Below are positions 51,801 to 60,800 of a DNA stretch of 64,000 nt, piece by piece. How positions within the stretch are numbered: the stretch's first letter is position 1; every line of letters starts with the position of its first letter. Position numbers and translations under genes: made by a program. Origin of the DNA: Perna viridis. Lineage: Eukaryota. The notes beneath the pieces were generated by a model. It was not told where the DNA came from and did no database searches. It saw only the letters and a program-made list of their open reading frames with translations. The stretch spans positions 17,546,001 through 17,610,000 of the forward strand of contig CM074518.1 of NCBI GenBank assembly GCA_037379345.1, in the 5' to 3' direction.

Positions 51801-54800
51801 GGTACCTCAGCACTGATATTAGTGACAGGTGTTTTCTAGTGGCTACATCAGTACTGATATTAGTGACAGGTATTTTCTAGTCGCTACCTCAGTACTGATA
51901 TTAGTGACAGGTGTTTTCTAGTGGCTACCTCAGTCCTGATATTAGTGACAGGTGTTTTCTAGTCGGTACCTCAGCACTGATATTAGTGACAGGTATTTTC
52001 TAGTCGCTACCTCAGTACTGATATTAGTGACAGGTGTTTTCTAGTAGCTACCTCAGTCCTGATATTAGTGACAGATGTTTTCTAGTGGCTACATCAGTAC
52101 TGATATTATTGACAGGTGTTTTCTAGTGGCTACCTCAGTACTGATATTAGTGACAGGTGTTTTCTAGTGGCTACATCAGTACTGATATTATTGACAGGTG
52201 TTTTCTAGTGGCTACCTCAGTACTGATATTAGTGACAGGTGTTTTCTAGTGGCTACATCAGTACTGATATTATTGACAGGTGTTTTCTAGTGGCTACCTC
52301 AGTACTGATATTAGTGACAGGTGTTTTCTAGTGGCTACCTCAGTACTGATATTAGTGACAGGTGTTTTCTAGTGGCTACATCAGTACTGATATTATTGAC
52401 AGGTGTTTTCTAGTGGCTACCTCAGTACTGATATTAGTGACAGGTGTTTTCTAGTGGCTACCTCAGTACTGATATTAGTGACAGGTGTTTTCTAGTGGCT
52501 ACATCAGTACTGATATTATTGACAGGTGTTTTCTAGTGGCTACCTCAGTACTGATATTAGTGACAGGTGTTTTCTAGTGGCTACATCAGTACTGATATTA
52601 TTGACAGGTGTTTTCTAGTGGCTACCTCAGTACTGATATTAGTGACAGGTGTTTTCTATTAGCTACCTCAGTCCTGATATTATTGACAGGTGTTTTCTGT
52701 CAACTATCTCAGTACTGATATTATTGACAGGTGTTTTCTAATGGCTACCTCAGTACTGATATTAGTGACAGGTGTTTTCTAGTGGCTACCTCAGTACTGA
52801 TATTAGTGACAGGTGTTTAGTAGTAGCTATGTTGATTCAGGTGAGGAATTTTTGCCTGAGTATAGTTCAAGATAGCGAAAAAATGCAATAAAAAGCAACA
52901 ATGCAAGAAGATAAGAAGCAGAATTTGGTACTTACCTCCCTTCTGTGTTCCAATATACCCTTGTCCTAACTCTAAGGATGCTAACTGTCTCATGTTGAAT
53001 TCCCTGAAATTCATAGAGTTTCATCCTGTTAGGTAATGAGTTCAATAGAAGTTTAAATGATAAACTAGCTTTTAAAAGGTCAAAATTTACTGAAACATGC
53101 TGCCTCAAAGTGTCCAGTTTAGTGTACAATAGATGACAATATTGTACCAGTCTTGATCTACCGATAAACCGAACTAGATGAGGCCCTTATCGGGCAAGTA
53201 AGGCTCTCGAAATTCAAACAGCCCATGACGACCTTTTTATCAAACTTCAGCAGACAAAATGTTTCATGACCCAAGGGAATGAAACTAACAGAAGTCCGGT
53301 AGTTCTGTGCCACCCTAATTTTGGAGAGGACTCCTTAAAAAAATTTCATGGAAGTCGTATGGACTATCTAAATTTTGCCTTATTTTTCATAAGATCTAAG
53401 AACAGAACCGTCATTACCGTCTGTGGACTACCTATTTTACATCTGAAGTAGTCCTGTTGACCTCCGAACAAATGAAGTTAAAGTCAAACACTGGTGTCCG
53501 TCATTTACATGCTCAGATCAAGAATACACTTACTGGTAAAAAAAAAAAAAAACATTTTTGTAGATATTTAAAGATAAATATTGGAATTTGTGTTATTTCA
53601 TCATATACTATGCTGTAACAAAATATCTGAACAAGAGAACAGATTATCGTATACACACTAGTACACCTAGATGTAGAAGAATCTTACAATGAGCTGGTAT
53701 AGGTGGAGCTTGCCACAAAGAATCTTACACTGAGCTGGTATAGGTGGAGCTTGCCACAAAGAATCTTACATTGAGCTGGTATAGGTGGAGCTTGCCACAA
53801 AGAATCTTACATTGGGCTGGTATAGGTGGAGCTAGCCACTAAGAATCTTTCATTGAGCTGGTATAGGTGGAGCTTGCCACAAAGAATCTTACATTGAGCT
53901 GGTATAGGTGGAGCTTGCCACAGTTTCTGTTGTCCATTTCAGTGTTATATAAGACTGTACCATTGTACATGACTGGGGAATAAACTCATGAACAATCTCA
54001 TCTGCTGTTCCTTGATTTATCCCAATCTGAAAGAGAAGGGTAAATGTATATTCTGAAAGCCATTCCAAGTTAATTTCTTGGTTCTACAGCTATTTGTCAT
54101 GAACATTAGGAAGGGAGGGAAGCATTTATAAAACTTTTTCTTGTTCTGAAAAAGTGATGAGAGTGTGCTCTTTTAAATTTGTTCATAACCAGTAACCAGA
54201 GATGTTGCGACATGCACTAAACAAATGCATGTACCTCTGCACCAAATGTTAGACTCACTATTAGAGATCTGCCATTAGGAACTTTATGTTCTAGCTTGAC
54301 AGATTTTTTCAGTCCATGGTTTAGTGTTTGACACTGTGTAAATATGATTATAAAATAAATGACCTAAATAATAAATCCAGTTATAATTATGTTTCTTGTC
54401 AAGCTATATATATAATTACTTAAAAGTCAGTCATTCAGTCATTTCACCCACATCTGTATATTTTACTACATGTTCAATGGTTGATTTGCCTTACAAAGGT
54501 TAGAAAATGGCAAGATTCATCTACAATAAACTAACCCAGACCTTTCATTAAGAGGCAATACCAGGTACTTTTACTCTTCTAGACTACTGAAAGGTACCTC
54601 CAGAATTTTAAAGTTTCATAGATATTTATTAAGCAAAATGATGCAAAGTACCTCCTACAAAACCAAAGGTACCTGCACTGCAAAATAAAATAATGAAATC
54701 CCTGCTAACCTTATCTAAACATAATGAAATCCCTGCTAACCTTATCTAAACATAATGAAATCCCTGCTAACCTTATCTAAAATAATGAAACCCCTGCTAA

Positions 54801-57800
54801 CCTTATCTTGCAGTCTGAGAGCAGCCAACAACAATATCACAACATCCCTGACTACCCTCAGTCTGGTATCAGCTATCTGCTGTAATGTCTTTGACACAAT
54901 TTCTACTCCTGCAGCACTTGATAATAACCTCTCACACAAGAAATTCTGGTTTGCATTCACATCTGGAAATTAATAATAAAGATTAAATGTTGTACATTAG
55001 AGAAATAATATGTTGAAAGTAAGAAAAAAAACCAACAAATTTTCTCCCTGTAAATTTAATAGTAACTATAATGTACAATGAACAAAACCAATCTATGTGT
55101 TCATGTGTCATAATTTCAGGATAAAATGTTTAATCACTTCTAATAAGCAGAAGAACACCATATTAACCACATATAAACTGTACATACATATAGAAAATTC
55201 CTGATCATATTAATATTGTCAATTTTGATATGCAGTACACATGTTTGAAGGGGTAACCTTTCATCAACAGCATTAGAATTCAATATATAGGACAATATAA
55301 ATCAATCAGTAATTGTATACAATAAGTACTCAAAACCAAAAAACTAATGAAATATAAAGCAAAATCCATCACAGGGAGGTTGAACCATGCATAATTCAAG
55401 GAATGAAGCTTCAGTGTCTTAGGGATTTTGAAATTTGTGACAATAACCTAAGCATATTATGGATTTATTGCCCACATAGTAAATTACAGGTAATATGTAT
55501 GACAATCAGCAAAGGACTGGTGTATTTCTCATAGATACTTGTATGTTTAGGATACAGCTAATTCACATGATCCTTCAAGAAGTGTCCCCATGAAATTCCT
55601 TAACTTCTAAATGGCAATTAAAGTATACACCATTTTGTACAATCTTTTCATTTTTGTTCCATTTTCATCAATTCTAATATATTTATTCCACTTTCATCAA
55701 ATCTTAACAATGCTGACACCACCCATTTTTTTATACCTGAGTCATCCATCATGTATTCTTGGTCCTGTCTGGTCTGGACATCAAGAGTCTGAAGCAGCTC
55801 CCTGAAAGCTGGTTGAAGATGAGAGACAGTCTGTAACAATGCACCTAGAGAATCTGCTGCTGTGGAACAGTCAATCAAACTGAAATACATGTAACAAACT
55901 ACATGTAGAAGGAATTCAGTTATAAAACTTATGCTATGAAAACCTCCTTAACAAGAACAACTACATGTACATACCTAAAGTGTAAGATAACAATGTTACA
56001 GCACAGACATGATTTGTTAGACATACTGATTGTGGCAGGGCTCTAATTACATGTATGTAAAGACAAGTGTTGACTCAGTTCAATGATAATACAAAGAAAA
56101 TCCCTTTATCAGAATTAAATAAAGCCAAAACAAGAAGCAAAGATTTTCAAAGTGAGTGAATAGTTATAAATGTTAAGAGTCAAATGTTTAAAAAAACAAA
56201 ACAAAAACAAAAGTAGGTACCCACTTAGACAAGGTCAGTCAAATGAAAAATGTAGACATTCAAAAACATTAAAACAATTTCTTTTATACAAACCAATACA
56301 AAATTGTGTACAAGTTAAATACTGAGGTTTCTGAACAAATATTCATAATTATATAACAGTAACTTCTGGATTTTCAGTAATCATAATCAGTGCTAAATAA
56401 AGATACATGTACCTAGTGTTAAAGAAAAGTTCGTCAACAATCTGCTCTGCCAAGTTTCTAACATCTTCTTTGAGGGAAATCTGATATTCAAATTGTGATG
56501 TAATGTCTTCAGTTAACTTTCCCTCTATCAACTGCAGGCACATGGATAAGGTACCAATATCATTCTTCAGTGTCATGTCTAAGAAAACAATAATTAGATA
56601 AATGAAGCACTAATGAAGCAGAACTCATTCTGTACCAATGACCATACTTATCTGAATGACTTATTCAATACATGTAAGGTGTAAAACACTCATATTGATT
56701 TAAATCTGACTTCCTTGTGTTGTGTGAATCACCATTAACTTCTGGCATAAATATACATGTATATACATGTACTAACAATGAATACCAAGACTTACCACAT
56801 ATTTTGAAGAAAATATAAGGTTTCTTCATTAGTGGTTGTGTCATCAGTGTTTGATTTCTGACATATATATAAATGTAAATGGTTGGTTTAGACAATTTTT
56901 TAAATTTCCCAAGGTTTAGCTTTGACAGTATTCTTACTTACTCTTAAGTTTAGTTTAGATAGATTTCTAGTTAATTTGAATTAGACAAGTTTTCCTATTT
57001 GGAAGGTTTCTTCGCACCAAAATCCCACCAAAACACCAATCAACCCAAACAGGATAAGATTGTATAACATCAATTTTTTCCTATTTTTTTCTCTAACTTT
57101 TGTTACAATAATCTAAAGGGAAAAATAAGCCAACAATTTTCCTTGTTGGTGTCACTTCTCCAATTTGTCTTTGACAGGGAGAAGTTTGTGTAGTAGATTA
57201 CATAGTTTGTTGTTTGTTGTGGTTTAACGTCCGAGCAGCAATATTTCAGCTATATTCAGACGATGAACATGAAATTGATGATAAAATGAACAAGGGATGG
57301 GACACAAGGACAATGGGGTCGACAAATTTGATTGCCACTGGAAATAGGGAGAGGTGGGTAGGGTCGGGCAATTTAGCCTCATGTGGCGGAGCCCTATGGT
57401 TCCTACTCCGCAAGAATACCACAGTAGGGTTCTTTAACGTGCGAGGAACGTGGCATCTTTCCCAACATGGTGCACCACTATGGTTTGCGGTCAGGTTTTC
57501 CGTATTATGGCCTGACAACCCCAGCATGTAACACGCCAGGGGTACCCGATTCAACCACCTGGGGCACACATCCAAGTTGCTCTATGGGCAAAGCGCCCTA
57601 GCCCCCGGCTAGGGTTCTAAGCACTATTTAGTCGCCTTTTACAACAAGCTTAGCGCTGCTGCAGGCCTATCCTTTTAACACCCGGACCTGCACGGGGCAG
57701 TACATTACATAGAGAAAAATATCAATATTGTTATTTTTCAAACAAAATTTAGTAAAACTTGTCATCAATGTCTAGATTATGCTATAAATAACCCTCAATC

Positions 57801-60800
57801 TGAAGTCCTACCATGCATATCATTATCATCTTGGTCCAGTGTCCAGTGTCCACTACCAAGAAACAAATCTTCTATTCTGTCACATGGTCTAATGTAGCTT
57901 ATACTACCCTATAAAGAATAAAGGCATGTCTTAAATGATTGGCATTAGGACATACACAAATACACAAAAAAACTAACTGTATAAAATTTTATTTCCAACA
58001 ATAGAATTTAACAAAATAGAAGCTGTAAAGAGCTTGAATTGCTCACCTGGCTTCATAAGGAACATTCTATTTTTGTAAAAGCTTCCTTGTTTTTTCTTGG
58101 ATATAAATCCTAACCCTCACATCTAAGGAAAAATCATATCAATTTTCACAAAATTCAGCCCAGTAGTTTCTGAGGAGAAATTTTTTTTATGTAAAAACAT
58201 TAAAAAAAAAAAAAAAATGTTGAAGAAGGGCAGTAACTCCAACATGGATAAACATGTTTACATGGAAAATTGACCACAGATAGATCTCATCATACTAAAC
58301 ATTTTTACACAATGTCAGAATATGGCTAAACCTAATGGTTTTGGTGATTAACTTCTGTCTGACCCCTATGTTCTATTTTCAGTAATGGTGGCCATGTTTT
58401 TCAATGGATCAAAAATCCCCACAACAGTTCTATGCAGAATACCCTGAGAAACATTCATACCAAGTTTGGTTATAGTTGATCTGGTAGTGTCAGCAGAAAA
58501 TTTTTGAAAGAAATAACTTAATAAATAGCAAAAAATGTTGAAAAGGGCAATAACTTCAACAGTTTAACAGAAAAATTTGATCATAGCCTGTCAGACTTAG
58601 GAGATATATGTGAAAAACTTCCGTCCCTATCTTCAAATTTTAGTAACAGTGGCCATGTTTTTTGATGTATCAAAAATCCAAACGCTAATTTAAACAGGAC
58701 ATTCTAAGGAATAATCATTCCAAATTTCATTGAATTCTATTCAATAGTTTCAGAGGAGAAGTTAGGATGACAGACCTGAAGTGATGGACAATGATGACGG
58801 TAGTAATGGACACCAAGTAATGGCAATTAATGGCAATAGCTCACATGGTGTATGTCAGAGAACAAAAATACTGTCAGTTATTAAGGAACAGTATTTATAA
58901 AAATCAGAGGTGATTCATGCATGTAAAAACCCATTTTTATTTCAAATTTACAAACATTTCAGACCACATATCATGTCTTAGGTTGGAATTTCAAGATAAA
59001 AAATATACAGATTGTATATGAAATTGGTGTTAAGCAAGTTATCATTATTGACTTAGTGAGAGATGAAAGTATGGTTTTCTTAAAAATACAGATTTGAATA
59101 CAGAAGGGACTATCATTACGTAAAAATATAGCACATGTAAAAAAATATTGTTTATTAAATGGGTTTTTCTACACCAAGGATCATCTTTACCATAGGCAGT
59201 GTCTGAATATATATGGACTGATACTTAATATAGATAATCCATTCACAATAATCAGAATTTCATACATCCAAAGTTATGACCTTAATATTTAAGTAAGCAT
59301 ATAAAGTTCAATATATTTTTTTTTACCTTTTTAATGACACATATCATTCCAGTAACTGCATCAGCAAAGAGTCCCATCATCCTTGAACCGACCTATGAAT
59401 AGAAATTACAAGCATCTATAAGACCTTGTCTCCATAATTACTTCATAATTAGATAAGCATCAATTATTTTTGTTGTTAAGAAACTTGACTTCCTACAGGA
59501 ATATTGAAGTAAAAACATTGACATTAGGTGAAATTGAGAGAGTTCAAAAGATACACTGACCTAATCTAAATATCAATACATTGGAGTCCAGCATCTTAAA
59601 ATGAGTGCTACACATAGAAATAACAATACATCATACCAAATATTAAAAAAAAATCCATCTATTGATTTCAGAAGAGTTGCCTCCATGATGTCTTGTATTG
59701 TTGGAACATGCTGAAGTCCCATAACTCCAATAAAACTTACCAAATCAAAAGCACATCTGCACTTCATAGAAATACACCACACCAAATACCATAAGAATCT
59801 GACAAGCAGATTCAGAGAAATTGTATCCTCAAAACCTTACAAACTTATGGCTACTATTACCATATCCCTTCCTCTGGGGTCAAAAATATATACTATCCTT
59901 GACAATAGGCATATCTAGTAACACAGTTTAGTCAAGCACTTACTTGTAAGTAGGAACGAAAAACAGCCAAGAATAAAATCTTTATTTTTTAAATTTTTCT
60001 GCATAATTTGGTAAAAAAGGGTGACAACAATCCTTTAAATCAGCTCCATAAAAGTGAATGCAAAATAGATATGATTGTTAGGTTTGGTAATCGCTCTTTT
60101 ATATTTTGATCCAAATGAAAATTGATTATGTTCTTGGAATATCTATCAACAAAGACCCCTGAGAAGTAAATAAATTATTTACCTCCTGATACTGTACACA
60201 ACATGAGTAGAATTTAGACCACTGATCTAACTGTAATTGGTAATAATCTTCCTCTGCTAACTCATTGGCTGAGGCTGCTGTACGAATCTAGAAAATAAAC
60301 AGTGTCATTTATAACCACAATACATAGTTTGTTCTCTTCTTACGACAATGTACAGGAAAAAATTACAGCATTAATGGAACATTAAGTGATAACCTGCCAC
60401 ATAATGGTGAGAAAAGGGAGATGGCGAAATGTTCAAAATGGCGTAACTTGAAAACTACATTTAGGATTTTGCAGAAAATTGAACTTGACCTGTATTTTAA
60501 CAACCATGCAAAGTTAAAAAAAAATAGTTGATCTGATCCCAAGTTGTCATCTGGAAACTGTTGGGGGATGGATGGATAGATGGGACTCGCAACTTTCAGG
60601 AGGGTATCCCATGATACCTGATCACTTTGTGTGCCGGGTTATAAAAAGGACAATTAATGATAATCTCTTTCAAAAATAAGCATTAGGCAATAATGCTTTG
60701 GCACAGGTTTATTATTATTTGTGATGCAGCTCTAGAGATATATAATTCACTTCTAAAATAAATAAGTTTGAAGACCTATTTTCAGCATTAATTTTTTTGA

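Noticed and set aside
51147-52818. CRISPR array
   Set aside because: There are no variable spacers and no cas genes, and the array lies in a eukaryotic intron.
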